Part shown: in pieces, positions 11,651 through 22,446 of the stretch | Numbering within the stretch: the stretch's first letter is position 1 | How the letters are laid out: each line of letters starts with the position of its first letter | NCBI GenBank assembly: GCA_036172245.1 | Contig: JAYWIR010000106.1 | Span: 1-64,000 of the forward strand | Direction: 5' to 3' | DNA from: Raillietiella orientalis | Lineage: Eukaryota | DNA length: 64,000 bases | Position numbers and translations under genes: made by a program | Notes under the pieces: model-generated | Databases searched by the model: none | Seen by the model: the letters and a program-made list of their open reading frames with translations, nothing else | What the model was told of the DNA's origin: nothing

Positions 11651-12511
11651 ATGCTGGAGGCGGTGACTGACAGTGAAGGCGCCCAGACCCCGACTTCGCA
11701 GGGCAAGCAGGCTGCTGCACCGGCTTCAGAAACGATGCGATCTTGGAGCGATGTGCTAACGGCGAAAACCATTAACGAACCACCCCCGATGGAGGCAGAA
11801 CTGGCAGCCTACTTAAAAGAGGGATACAACCGTCCCCTCATCTACAAGGTGAGACGGGCGGGATCAAGATCAGTGGAGCAGGAGTTCTGTAGCGAACTCA
11901 CGAGCGTCGGGGTTCGGGAAGAAAGACATCCAAATCCAATGGCAAACCTACAACTCAGAAATTGGCAAATGGACATCCTCAAAATCATCAGAACCACACC
12001 AGATGCCAGGAAAATATACTGGTTCTACGACCCCATCGGAGGAATCGGCAAAACCACCTTCGCGAAATTCCTCTACCTTAAAAAATCAGCAATCTACATG
12101 CACAGCTGCAAGAAAGCTGATGCAGCACATATTTATCATGGCGAAAGGATCATAATTGTAGACCTCACAAGGGACAACCAAGAAATAGTTCAGTACGGAT
12201 TTATAGAGACCTTGAAAAACGGAATCATCTTCGATTCCGAATATCAAGGATCCATCAAATACTTCGAACCTCCACACATAGTAGTCTTCAGTAACTGGGA
12301 ACCTGACTACTCCAAGATGTCCAGTGACCGATGGGTTGTAAAGAACATAAGCAAATCTGAAGCGACCAAATTGTGTCCATGGATGATCGATGACTCAGGA
12401 CTCGTGCTCCCTTGGGCCTGCCCTTCAGGCCCTAGTACAGGGCAGTCCCGAGACTCACCCGACTCCTCATGCTCCACTTTGTCACCCCCCTCACCAGAAG
12501 TAGACAAATAA
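11651..12511 (+). CDS. Chimeric ORF: LINE ORF1 N-terminus (91 aa) fused in frame to a CRESS Rep SF3 helicase domain (195 aa)
   Basis: ATG at 11651. The ORF1 part (SWSDV...EGYNRPLIYKVRR...VGVREE) runs into the Rep part at ~11924 with no stop. The Rep part has Walker A GGIGKTT, Walker B IIIVDL, motif C VVFSN and DRW. Confidence 0.85.
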   Translation: MLEAVTDSEGAQTPTSQGKQAAAPASETMRSWSDVLTAKTINEPPPMEAELAAYLKEGYNRPLIYKVRRAGSRSVEQEFCSELTSVGVREERHPNPMANLQLRNWQMDILKIIRTTPDARKIYWFYDPIGGIGKTTFAKFLYLKKSAIYMHSCKKADAAHIYHGERIIIVDLTRDNQEIVQYGFIETLKNGIIFDSEYQGSIKYFEPPHIVVFSNWEPDYSKMSSDRWVVKNISKSEATKLCPWMIDDSGLVLPWACPSGPSTGQSRDSPDSSCSTLSPPSPEVDK

Positions 12512-12543
12512 AACTACATTCTATTGCAAGTTTTCCATATTTT

Positions 12544-13467
12544 TCAAGTATACAGGGGAGGGTCTCTTAGATGTTTGAATTCCACATAAAACGTTCGAGT
12601 CAGTCTGTAAATAGGCCAACCCTGAGTTAACAATCCATTTTTAAAACACACACCAGACTGACAACCTTGCTTTATCGAGTCTGGGATATCCACACCAGAC
12701 ATGTGCTTCATCACATGCATACGATTCATAAACATTTCCACCAACAACTCTTGATCCAAACGAGAACCAAAACCACAATCAACCCAAGGACAATGCACAT
12801 AACGCTCCAAATTCCCTCCATAACAATGCATATCCTTCCTTATATAGGCCCTGGAATATAGCCGGATTCCACGAACACCGAAATAACGAACTAAACAGCC
12901 ACTCGTTTCCTTATGACCACTTATCACATCTTCCACCTTGTGATAAGGCATTCCTGCAAGCGATCCAAAAAATTCACCCTGATTGTGAGACTGATACAAC
13001 AAAACATTCCGATAAGACACTTTCATTCCAAACTCCTCAGCCATATTTCCTATCGTTAAATCCAAAGACAACGGTTCGATCTTCATAGCCACTCCACGCA
13101 ACCGTACATATCGATAATAACGACCAAACTCTTGCAAATTCAAATCCGTCAGTATACTTTGCAGATTTCCAGCACTCTCCGAATAAGTAAACATCCAAGA
13201 ACAATTTACATAATCTCCATCACCAGACCTCAACGATGCATAATGCTGCGCATTTAACATTATATCACGCGATACAACGCGCCTCGCACGAGACAGACGA
13301 CCTCGCGGACTAGGATACAATCGCAAACGCCGACGACGATTATACGGACGTCTACGCTTCTTGAAAGTCGAATAGCCACTGCGAGCTACACGCCTCCGCT
13401 TAACAGTTCCACTCGACGACTTCACCCCAAATCGCTTACGACCACGACGACCAACACGTTCAGCCAT
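12544..13467 (-). CDS. cap: CRESS virus capsid protein (circovirus-like), intact, 307 aa
   Basis: Arg/Lys-rich N-terminal arm. YYRYVRLRGVAMKIEP and the C-terminal TFYVEFKHLRDPPL resemble circovirus capsid motifs. Ambisense to Rep. Confidence 0.88.
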   Translation of the reverse strand: MAERVGRRGRKRFGVKSSSGTVKRRRVARSGYSTFKKRRRPYNRRRRLRLYPSPRGRLSRARRVVSRDIMLNAQHYASLRSGDGDYVNCSWMFTYSESAGNLQSILTDLNLQEFGRYYRYVRLRGVAMKIEPLSLDLTIGNMAEEFGMKVSYRNVLLYQSHNQGEFFGSLAGMPYHKVEDVISGHKETSGCLVRYFGVRGIRLYSRAYIRKDMHCYGGNLERYVHCPWVDCGFGSRLDQELLVEMFMNRMHVMKHMSGVDIPDSIKQGCQSGVCFKNGLLTQGWPIYRLTRTFYVEFKHLRDPPLYT

Positions 13468-13549
13468 CTCCGCGGTCGACCCTCAACTGACGTCACAGAT
13501 CCCCTTCCTCCCTACACTATGAGGCTGGTGGCGACACGCCATCCGACTC

Positions 13550-13636
13550 CCTAAGTCTTCCACGACGTCGGATCATGCCACGACCTGCACACGTGGACAA
13601 GTACATCTTGTTCCGCATTCCTAAGTCTTCCACGAC
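13550..13636. repeat. 17-nt direct repeat pair in the viral intergenic region (iteron-like)
   Basis: cctaagtcttccacgac at 13550-13566 and 13620-13636. The repeat is seen directly; its function is inferred. Confidence 0.7.
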
Positions 13637-13709
13637 TGCGGACGAAGACCAGACACCCTCATAAAAAACTTGCAATGTGACACAATTTCCAAGGTTTTGC
13701 CGAATAAGC

Positions 13710-13747
13710 TAGATGCTATCTGGGTAATACTAACCAGATAGCATCTA
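13710..13747 (-). promoter_or_regulatory. Rolling-circle origin stem-loop with nonanucleotide TAGTATTAC
   Basis: Perfect 14-bp stem, tagatgctatctgg (13710-13723) and ccagatagcatcta (13734-13747). The loop gtaatactaa reads TAGTATTAC on the - (cap-coding) strand. A TATA-like tatttata lies at 13764, upstream of Rep. Confidence 0.95.
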
Positions 13748-13827
13748 CTGCGTAGTTACCAAGTATTTATACCACCACAACAAGAGGCACAAACCAGTCT
13801 CAACTCGACAGAATTACCAACCACACC

Positions 13828-14917
13828 ATGCCTTACGGACACTTCATGTACTGGTGCTTCACCCTATGCAACTACTTAGAAAACGAACTCCTCCTGATAA
13901 AAGACTGGTGCAGACGACACTGCACATTCGCAGTTATCGGAAAAGAAACTGCAAGCACCGGCACACCACATCTACAGGGATATTTCCAACTCCGAGATCC
14001 ACGGACTTTACCGAGTTTGAAAAGACCGCCACTCGACAAAGCACACCTAGAGAGAGCAAAGGGAACACCACAGAGCAACTTACGGTACTGCACCAAAGAA
14101 GACCGCGAAGCTTGGACATATGGCCTCATTCAACAAGAAAAAGAAACCAACGACTATCAAGACATGGTAATATCATTTTTTAACTTTACCAAAATAACAC
14201 ATCAAATTTCAGATACTACAGCACATCAAAAATGGAGCTACAGAACTCGATATACTCGAACAACACACCAAGTTCTACTGAAAAAACATCAATTTTATTA
14301 AAGAATGCTTCCGCCTTACACGAAGCAGGACACACCCTAATCCTATGGCCAAATTGCAACTGCGCAGCTCGCAAATGCAAATCCTCAAACTCATCAGGAC
14401 GACACCCGATGCCAGAAAAATTTACTGGTATTTCGACCCAGAAGGAGGCCATGGCAAAACCACATTTGCCAAATTCCTGTACCTCAAAAAGAATGCTATC
14501 TACATGCACTCCTGCAAAAAGGCCGACGCTACCCACATCTACAACGGCGAACACATCATCGTTGTCGATCTAACCAGAGACAATCAGGAGATTGTACAAT
14601 ACGGCTTCATCGAAACAATGAAGAATGGCATCATCTTCGCATCGAAGTATCAAGGATCCATCAAATACTTTCAACCCCCCCACATCATTGTGTTCTCCAA
14701 CTGGGAACCTAACTACGAAAAAATGAGTATGGACAGATGGAGAGTTACAGATATTTCCCTCACTTCACAAAGCAAATTGTGTCCATGGATGTTGGATGAT
14801 GCTGGAGCCATCTTGCCTTGGGCCTGCCCTTCAGGCCCTAGTACAGGGCAGTCCCGCGACTCGCCAGACTCCAGTGAATCCACTTTGTCAGCCCCATCCC
14901 CAGAAGTTGATAAATAA
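13828..14917 (+). pseudogene. rep: CRESS Rep (HUH endonuclease plus SF3 helicase), spliced: exons 13828-14166 and 14213-14917; one premature TGA
   Basis: RCR motifs I FTLCN, II PHLQG and III YCTK; Walker A GGHGKTT, Walker B IIVVDL, motif C IVFSN. Removing the 46-nt GT..TTTCAG intron joins the two frames into ~347 codons, with a single TGA at 14279. AATAAA overlaps the stop. Confidence 0.92.
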
Positions 14918-14945
14918 AAGTACATTCCATTGCAAGTTTCATTTT

Positions 14946-15812
14946 TCAAGTATAGAGAGGAGGGTCTCTTAGATGTTTGAATTCCACATAAAACGTTCGA
15001 GTCAGTCTGTAAATAGGCCAACCCTGAGTTAACAATCCATTTTTAGGACATACACCAGACTGACAACCTTGCTTTATCGAATCTGGGATATCCACACCTG
15101 ACATATGCTTCATCACATGCATACGATTCATAAACATTTCCACCAGCAACTCTTGATCCAAACGAGAACCAAAACCACAATCAACCCAAGGACAACGCAC
15201 ATAACGCTCCAAATTCCCTCCATAACAATGCATATCCTTCCTTATATACGCCCTGGAATACAGCCGGATTCCACGAACACCGAAATAACGAACTAAACAG
15301 CCGCTCGTTTCCTTATGACCACTTATCACATCTTCCACCTTGTGATAAGGCATTCCTGCAAGCGATCCAAAAAATTCACCCTGATTATGAGACTGGTACA
15401 ATAAAAGATTCCGATAAGACACTTTCATCCCGAATTCTTCGGCCATATTTCCTATCGTTAAACCCAAAGACAACGGTTCGATCTTCATAGACATACCACG
15501 CAACCGTACATATCGATAATAACGACCAAACTCTTGCAAATTCAAATCCGTCAGTATACTTTGCAGATTTCCAGCACTCTCCGAATAAGTAAACATCCAA
15601 GAACAATGTACATAATCTCCATCACCAGACCTCAACGATGCATAATGCTGCGCATTTAACATTATATCACGCGATACAACGCGCCTCGCACGAGACAGAC
15701 GACCTCGCGGACTGCGATACAATCGCAAACGCCGACGACGATTATACGGACGTCTACGCTTCTTGAAAGTCGAATACCCACTGCCAGCTACACGCCTGCG
15801 CTTAGCAGTTCC
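14946..15812 (-). pseudogene. cap: Second capsid copy, lacking the first ~19 codons
   Basis: Near-identical to 12544..13467. It is cut at the LINE junction at ~15812. Confidence 0.9.
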
Positions 15813-16410
15813 TGCTAGGGCTTTCGCTCATGAAAATAAGAGGAGCCTGGGGCGTCTTCTGTAAAGAAGCGTCACTCGCTCAGCGTCTGTTGCGAACACC
15901 GCTTCGTGTGAACGGCGCAAAAACTCTCCCCATCACGGAGGATTGTTCGTTCGTGGTGGAACTGAGTGCGATGCGTCTGGGCATCAGTGAGAGCAACGTT
16001 AGGGCGGAACTCTCTGAATTCGCAAGTTTACGCGATTTTACTGCCTAAAAATCTGTCTAGCGACAGTTTCCGGAGGTTTACACGGGCGTTCTGGCCGCAA
16101 GAACTTCCGTTACGGTCAAGGGTAGCCTTCCCCATTCGTTCCTCATGGATGGGGCCGGGGTACACCTTTGGTACATAGGAAAACAGCAGGTGTGCCGTAT
16201 ATGTGGGCGTTCGGACCTCTCCAAACGAGATGGCCTACGATCCGCTGCTCAGGGTGCCATGAACTGGGCCACACTCGTCCCTGGTGCCCCCACCGCAGAA
16301 GCAAGGACTCTGCCGAAAGAGGGCGAACTAACAAGTGCATTGAGACGGAAGCGGTTCCGGCGCCCGATGCAAATTCCACGTCGGCGGCGCTACGCAGTTT
16401 GCTACGCAAT
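15811..16410 (+). pseudogene. Continuation of the LINE ORF1 interrupted by the virus (frameshifted)
   Basis: LLGLSLMKIRGAWGVFCKEASLAQRLL corresponds to DLNGLLPMKITGPWGVFCKEVSLAQRLL in the uninterrupted copy. The knuckle CSGCHELGHTRPWC follows. Confidence 0.88.
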
Positions 16411-16414
16411 CGGC

Positions 16415-16590
16415 CAATAAATAAACCACCAACACCATCCGCACCACCGTCTTACCTCGAATGAATTTCGCCAACAGCCAACATGCCGTATGCACTATTT
16501 TTCAACTGGTGTCTCACATTATGAAATTATTCAGAAGAATTTAAAGCTATAAAGCAGTGGTGCCGCTGCATTTGCATCTTTGCCTGCATT
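16415..16590 (+). pseudogene. rep: CRESS Rep 5' leader and N-terminal fragment from another viral variant
   Basis: ATG at 16483 gives MPYALFFNWCLTL*NYSEEFKAIKQWCRCIC, compared with MPYGHFMYWCFTLCNYLENELLLIKDWCRRHC at 13828. The upstream leader also resembles 13764-13827. Confidence 0.8.
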
Positions 16591-17620
16591 TGCCTGCAGC
16601 GCACAGTTGCATCCGCGGTATTTTGGCGGTTTGGAGTGGATCCAACGAAGTAGAGGATGCAAACGAAAGGAGTATGCAGCTCGCATTCTGCGAATAGCAA
16701 CCCGATCGCCCCACTTGGGAAACAAGCAGAACCTCGTCGGCATCCTGCAAAAGATGGAGACTCTACAAAGCGGACAGTAATCCCTTCCCGACCCTCCAAA
16801 TAACCATGGTTTTTTTTTCAGTTTTCTTTCATTTTTATTTTTCCCACCCTATCTGCTAACGTGGAGTGTCAAGTCGGTCTGCGCACCGACCACCCGGCAG
16901 TTCCCTAGTGCTATTGGCTGCAACGGGGCCTTGTACAGCAAATACAGAATGTTTTAATAAACGCCCCGGCTTGAACGGGTGAAAAAGTCGGCGGTAGGCA
17001 ACGAATCCTGTCGGAGGACGAAATCGCCGGGAGATGAAATCGCGCACGAGCAAGCATAAGCTACTGCAAGCGACATTAACCAAAAGTAAAAACCTACTGT
17101 GCCCTGTTAAGGATGGAATCGCAACCCAGGACCTGGATGGATTTATACGTTCCCTGGGAAACAAACATTTCTGGGCACATAAGCCGAGACTCAATGGCCA
17201 GACCACCAGAAGGCGTCGCGCCTCAGGGTCACATGAGATGACCCTGTCCGATTCGGACGAGAACGAAATCCGATCCAAATCGGAGAATAAAAATATAACT
17301 ATTCTAGGCAGACAACGCAAGAGTCGCAAACGCAAACTGCGATGTGACTCGGGAGCACTGGACTGCGAAAGAGAGATGTCCTGTGGATCACGGAACAGCT
17401 CTCTTCTATAGCTCCGTCGGTCGTTCTCCGCATTGAAATTCCCGAGGTTACGTCGACTCGACGAGCAAAAGACGCGGACGCGCAAGCGGTTCAGGAGTCA
17501 GCGTCTGCGAACGCTATCGCAACTCAACTCGCGAAGGCAGAAAACGCCGCAAACAACACCGACGTTGTAGCGGCGCCACACATCATGGACGACGCAGGGG
17601 CTGCGGCCGCGCAGTAGTCT
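16590..17620 (+). mobile_element. LINE fragments: a probable 3' end (AATAAACG plus hairpin at 16956) and an ORF1 type-B C-terminal piece
   Basis: 17200-17370 (TRRRRASGSHEMTLSDSDENEI...ILGR) matches 4205-4370. The terminal motif resembles the one at 3000. Confidence 0.6.
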
Positions 17621-17631
17621 GCGTTAGAGTC

Positions 17632-18513
17632 TGGTTAAGAGAAAAATTTTCTTATGCAATACTAGCAAAAGAAATTGGTATTCAAGGAACCAAACATATT
17701 CAAGGATACTTTCAACTAATAGATCCAACAACACCAAAACTAAAAAAAGTAATGGAATTCAGACGAGCAAACATAGAATCAAGCAGAGGAACTCCAAAAC
17801 AAGCTGCAGATTACTGCACGAAAAAAGACAAAGAACCTTGGATATATGGACTACTACAAACAGAAATTAAAATCTACAAACAGGTACAAAAAATTAATTA
17901 CATATAAAAAACATATTTCCAGGCACAAGATTGGATACACAATGGAAAAATTGAGAAATGGATATGGAAAGAAAAGCCTGATATATACGACAAACATGGA
18001 CAATTCATAAACGACACCATTCGATTCACAAAATCCTCTAATCAACATCCAATGGAAACAAAGACTTTACAATGGCAAAAGAATTTAATTGACATCATTT
18101 CCACTGAACCCAACGATAGACATCCACTGGTTCACCGATTACCAGGGCAATTCAGCAAGACAACAATTGCAAAACACATATATATAAAGTATGATGCTCT
18201 TTACTTAAAGAACTGCAAAAAAGCTGATGCCACTTATATGTACACTGGACAGAAGATAGTTATCATAGACCTCACAGAAGATGTACAAGAGATGATAAAT
18301 TATGGATTGATAGAAACCATAAAAAATGGCATACTATACTCAACAAAATATCAAGTTAAATGTTCTCAATTCCACGACAGCATTTTCGCAAACATGGATC
18401 CTAATTATGAAAAAATTAGTTCTGATAGATGCATAGTTCATTTCATCAATGAGAGAAATAAACAGACTACAAATCGTATCATAATATGTATTCTCCAGAA
18501 GGTTAATATTTAA
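17632..18513 (+). pseudogene. rep: Divergent AT-rich CRESS Rep relic with a 39-nt intron (17884-17922)
   Basis: KHIQGYFQL (motif II), DYCTK (motif III), degenerate Walker A, IVIIDLT, GILYSTKY, FAN. The intron contains an in-frame TAA. Confidence 0.88.
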
Positions 18514-18658
18514 TATCTCTGGCTCCTTTAAATTGAAAATGAAATTTTCTCCAAATTCGAAACATTGGTGCATCTTTGTTAATCACTTGCACTTTCTTAA
18601 TAGTTTTCTCTTGCGAACACTCAGTTGGTACCTTGTATCCAACAACGTATTTAGCAAA
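18503..18658 (-). pseudogene. cap: Capsid C-terminal fragment convergent with the 17.6-kb Rep
   Basis: KYVVGYKVP...PMFRIWRKFHFQFKGARDIKY* compared with KHMSGVDIP...PIYRLTRTFYVEFKHLRDPPLYT*. Confidence 0.72.
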
Positions 18659-19109
18659 GTTGGGATGCCCGACCCGTACAATCGGCCGACGATGGAACGA
18701 TGCTGTTTCCGTACGTTTTTAATCATCTTGATTCCCGACTTTGGGGACTGGTCATCGGGGCATGCGCGCCCAGCTACCAGGTCGGACCAATAGCACAATG
18801 GTCGGTCGCGACAATGGCAAGGCTGACCGTGCTAGGCGGACCCATGTGGGTGATGATCGTGCTCACCAATGTATCCACCCGCGTACGATCAGACACATGG
18901 CGAATGGGGTGCAGAAGGCAGGGCGTGGATATCCCAGTATGGAACGGAGCCGTCGCATTACGAGAGGCTGGCATTGATGCCAACGTTCTTGGAATGGTTT
19001 GGCATACCGGTTGCCAATCCGTGGGTTTCACGTGACCTCGGTGTGGCGTGGAACCTGCTGGCTAAGCGTACCAGGCTGGGCATTCGTGGGAGCCGGATGA
19101 ATGCCCTGG

Positions 19110-21857
19110 CCAGCGAACCGCGCGAGATAGACTGTCAAAAGGCACAGTCACTTATAGAGGGGGAGGAAGCCAAGCTCGACCCAGAGGGCGAGCTAGCACT
19201 GAGCTCACAGTTCACCCCAGCGGAAATTAGGGAGCGAATTAAATCCCTCAAAAACAGAGCACCGGCAGAGGATGGAATTCTGGCGGAATTCTACAGCTGC
19301 TTCGCCGCGCAATTAGAACCGCTCATATCCCAACTTGCTAAATGCACGCGGGATACAGGTAAGGTTCCAACATCCTTTCGCTCGGCCAGGATGAGATTGA
19401 TCCCGAAGTCGGGAGATCTCAGGTCTTTAGCAAACTGGCGCCCCATCACCTTGGTGAATGGGGACGCCAAACTGTTTTCAAAAATATGGACCAACAGATT
19501 AAGGAGGATGGCGGACACTCTGGTGAACAGGCAGCAAACTTATGCCGTACCAGGTAGAAGCATGGATCTTAACTTGATCCTAGCCTACTTCTCGTATCAA
19601 GCACGAGGCGCGCCAGTTCCATTGCTGTGTCCGTGAACTTTGCGAAAGCCTTTGACTGCGTTAATCAAGAGCTGCTACTTGTGCTACTGAGTCGCATGCG
19701 TGCACCATCGGCGCTCTTAGCATTTCTCCGCAGTTGTTGGCGAGGCACTCAGGTCAACATCACTTATGAAAGCAGCACGATCTACGGAGCTCCGGTGAGG
19801 AGGGGCATCAGGCAGGGGGATAGCCTGAGCCCGCTCCTGTTCAGTATCTACTTCAACTTGATCGTGAAGACCTGCAGAAATGTGCTATCCAAAGACACCC
19901 CCAGGGAGGGTCCCTTTTCGCCCGGGATTTCGGCGTACGCCGACGACCTATTGTTGTTCCTTGACCTCTCGACACCCCCATCGACACTTCCGCAAATCTA
20001 CAAAGAGCTGCGCAGTGGAACGGGACTACAAGTGAACGAAGACAAGACAGTGGTCGTGATGCCTTCGCCGAACGACCACCAAAAACAATCTGGGAAGACG
20101 CTCACATAGCAACATCGGACAGGTTTAAATACCTAGGTGCACCGATAGGAAACATTAACTCGAAAGAAGAATGGGAGAGGATCCACCGCAGAACTCAGGA
20201 ATCCCTGGCTACGTTGGAGGACCACAACCTCCTTCCGGAACGGGTTGCAGTATGGAATTCATTCCACGCACCGAAAATGAGAGCACTGCTATTCGTGTGC
20301 CCCATACCCAGGGAGATGCGCAAACTCTTTAGAGCTGCAATGCGCAAGGCCCTATGGGGAAGTAGGCGCTCGAAAATAAGACTCAAAGACCTTGTAACAC
20401 CAAAAAAAAAGGCGGGGTTCGATCTCATAACTCCGGAGATACTGAGCACCCAAATAACAATCAGGAAGCTGGAGCTCGCGGCGGAACAGTGGGAGGAGCA
20501 CTGGTTCCGATAAGCAAGGGAAATGCTGCAGTCTGCATGCGGAAGCACCAATATAGCGTGCTTGGCCGCACCAGCAACATCTAGAAGACTCCGAAGTCCT
20601 CTCAGGGAAATGTCTAACCTGCTAAAAAAATATCCGCAAATAAGGTGCAGGCAGGAGAACTACCAGGCGCTGCGGACGCTCACAGTTAAATACTGGATCC
20701 ACCTGAACGATGAAGAACCGTCTCAACGTCATAGGCCATATCGCCTAAGAACGAAGACAGTCGCGCGGGTGGAAGAATCCCCGAGCTAGACTCAGGTGGA
20801 CGGGGTCCCTTCTTGCACAAGAGTGCTATACTCTAAAGCAACGGTGCGACTCTGCATTACCTGCCAAGTGGTCCGTCACGATAAACAGAGGCAGGATCAC
20901 GCTCATCACACGACGGTGCAGATCATACCCGCTAGCAGCAGAAATTCTACTAACGAAAATCACGGAGGGATTCAAGAGATGGACAAGAATACTCAACGTG
21001 CCCCCAATGTCATTGCCACCCCAACAATGTTCCATGAGGACAGAGGGGTACCTCTGAAGGCCCAGCACACGCTAGGGCTCATCATACATGGGGCAGTTCC
21101 CAGGAACTCCCAACTACATCATTTTAACCCGCGCGTCAACAGCGCGAATTGCAGTAGGTGTGGAAATAAAGAAACCTTGGAACACCTGCTGCTGGACTGC
21201 GAAGCGCTGCAACGGGGATGGAAACAGGTTGCAGAGGCAATGTTTATGCCTCAGGATACTGCGAGGGACCTACTCCTGAAGTTCTTCAGTCCCGACAGGC
21301 TCACGAAGCCGAGCAGCACTTTGATCTGCTTCATCCGGGCCGCGCTGACAGAGCGGGAGGAAAAGGTTACGGCCCCCCTCCTGATATGTCGCACACTTGC
21401 AACAGCGGCGACAAAGTGGTGTTTTCTCAACCAACAAGAGAAAAAGGAACTTGTTTCCATAAACAGGCTTCGAGCCACCCCGGCTCACCTAATCGCGGGG
21501 GATTTTAACCTCTCACTCGCGCGGAATAGGCAGAAGGGCGGCCCACTGTGCGCACAATGGCGCGATACGCTAGCAGCGATACACACAGTGAACCTTCTGC
21601 ATCCAGCTCATGATGATTCCAAAGCAATCGACCATGCCTCCCTCGATGAGCTCCTGCAAGGGCGGCTCAACGAAAGGGGTAGGATAGGCTCAATACTGTC
21701 TGATCACCCTAGACTAGAGCTGAAGATTCTGCCCAGGAATAAAGGTCCCGAGCTGAAAATGTGGAGGATGTCAGGCGACTGGATGAGGTCAAGGGAAGCC
21801 AGGAACTTGCTGAGGAGCTTCCTACGTTGGCGATCTCTAGATATAATAGAGGATTGA
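19110..21857 (+). mobile_element. Second, decayed LINE family 2 ORF2 (RT to C-terminus), followed in frame by an APE fragment
   Basis: Colinear with 8570-10900 (WRPITL, QGDSLSP, YADD, CSRCGNKETLEH). From ~21480 it reads HLIAGDFN...SDH, which is APE sequence. Confidence 0.92.
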
Positions 21858-22446
21858 GACCGAAGTCCACGCTCAATCTGGAAACAATACTATAGTTGTT
21901 CTGGGCAGGCAGCCCAAGAGTCGAAAGCGGGAACTGCGATGCGACTCGTGAGCACTTGATGGGGTGAGCAAAATGCCCCGTAGATCACGGGAGAACTCGA
22001 TCTCTAGAGATGCCTCACTCGTTCACCCCGAATACAGGTATGAGTGGACCCCGATCTCGCTCCCTGGAGACGTGGACGCACTGGAGGCTTCAGAACCAAC
22101 GAAAAAACAGCAGTCGCAAATTGAAAAGGTGGAAATGACATATCCTTCGAAGCACGAGATGGGCATGGAGGCCTTAGTAGATACGCCTTTCGCCGCTTCG
22201 AAAAGGATCCCGAGCAAGGCACGTGCGAGCTAGGAGACTCTGATGCAGTTGAACTGTTGCTCTGCGGACGAAACCGTGAGGGTGAGTGGCACACAGTCGA
22301 AGGCGCGGAGGTGCAAAGGGGCTCATCCCGAGGCCTGGAAGACCCATGCTGTGTCGGGCATTCACGAGTCGATGGTACTCGCGTCGAAGTCAACGTCCCG
22401 CGAAGGGGCACATTGAAATTCCAATTCGATAATAGAAACAGAACGC

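Larger units (their letters stand above)
11924..15812. mobile_element. Endogenous CRESS DNA virus, ~1.6 head-to-tail genome units (unit ~2.4 kb)
   Basis: Order: Rep 3' half, Cap(-), intergenic region with ori, Rep(+), Cap(-, truncated). Matching landmarks are 2406 nt apart (12421 vs 14827) and 2402 nt apart (the two cap stops). Confidence 0.95.

Noticed and set aside
470..11772. Numerous minus-strand ORFs over the LINEs
   Set aside because: They are antisense shadows of GC-rich coding sequence with no recognisable motifs.
13550..13636. CRISPR-like repeat-spacer unit
   Set aside because: Only two copies, in a eukaryotic viral context, with no cas genes.
14279..14281. TGA read as Trp (alternative genetic code)
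   Set aside because: TGG is used throughout, and both cap copies end in TGA. A nonsense mutation or sequencing error is simpler.
13828..14917. Helitron or plasmid Rep interpretation
   Set aside because: The helicase is SF3, not PIF1-like. An ambisense capsid and a TAGTATTAC stem-loop indicate a CRESS virus.
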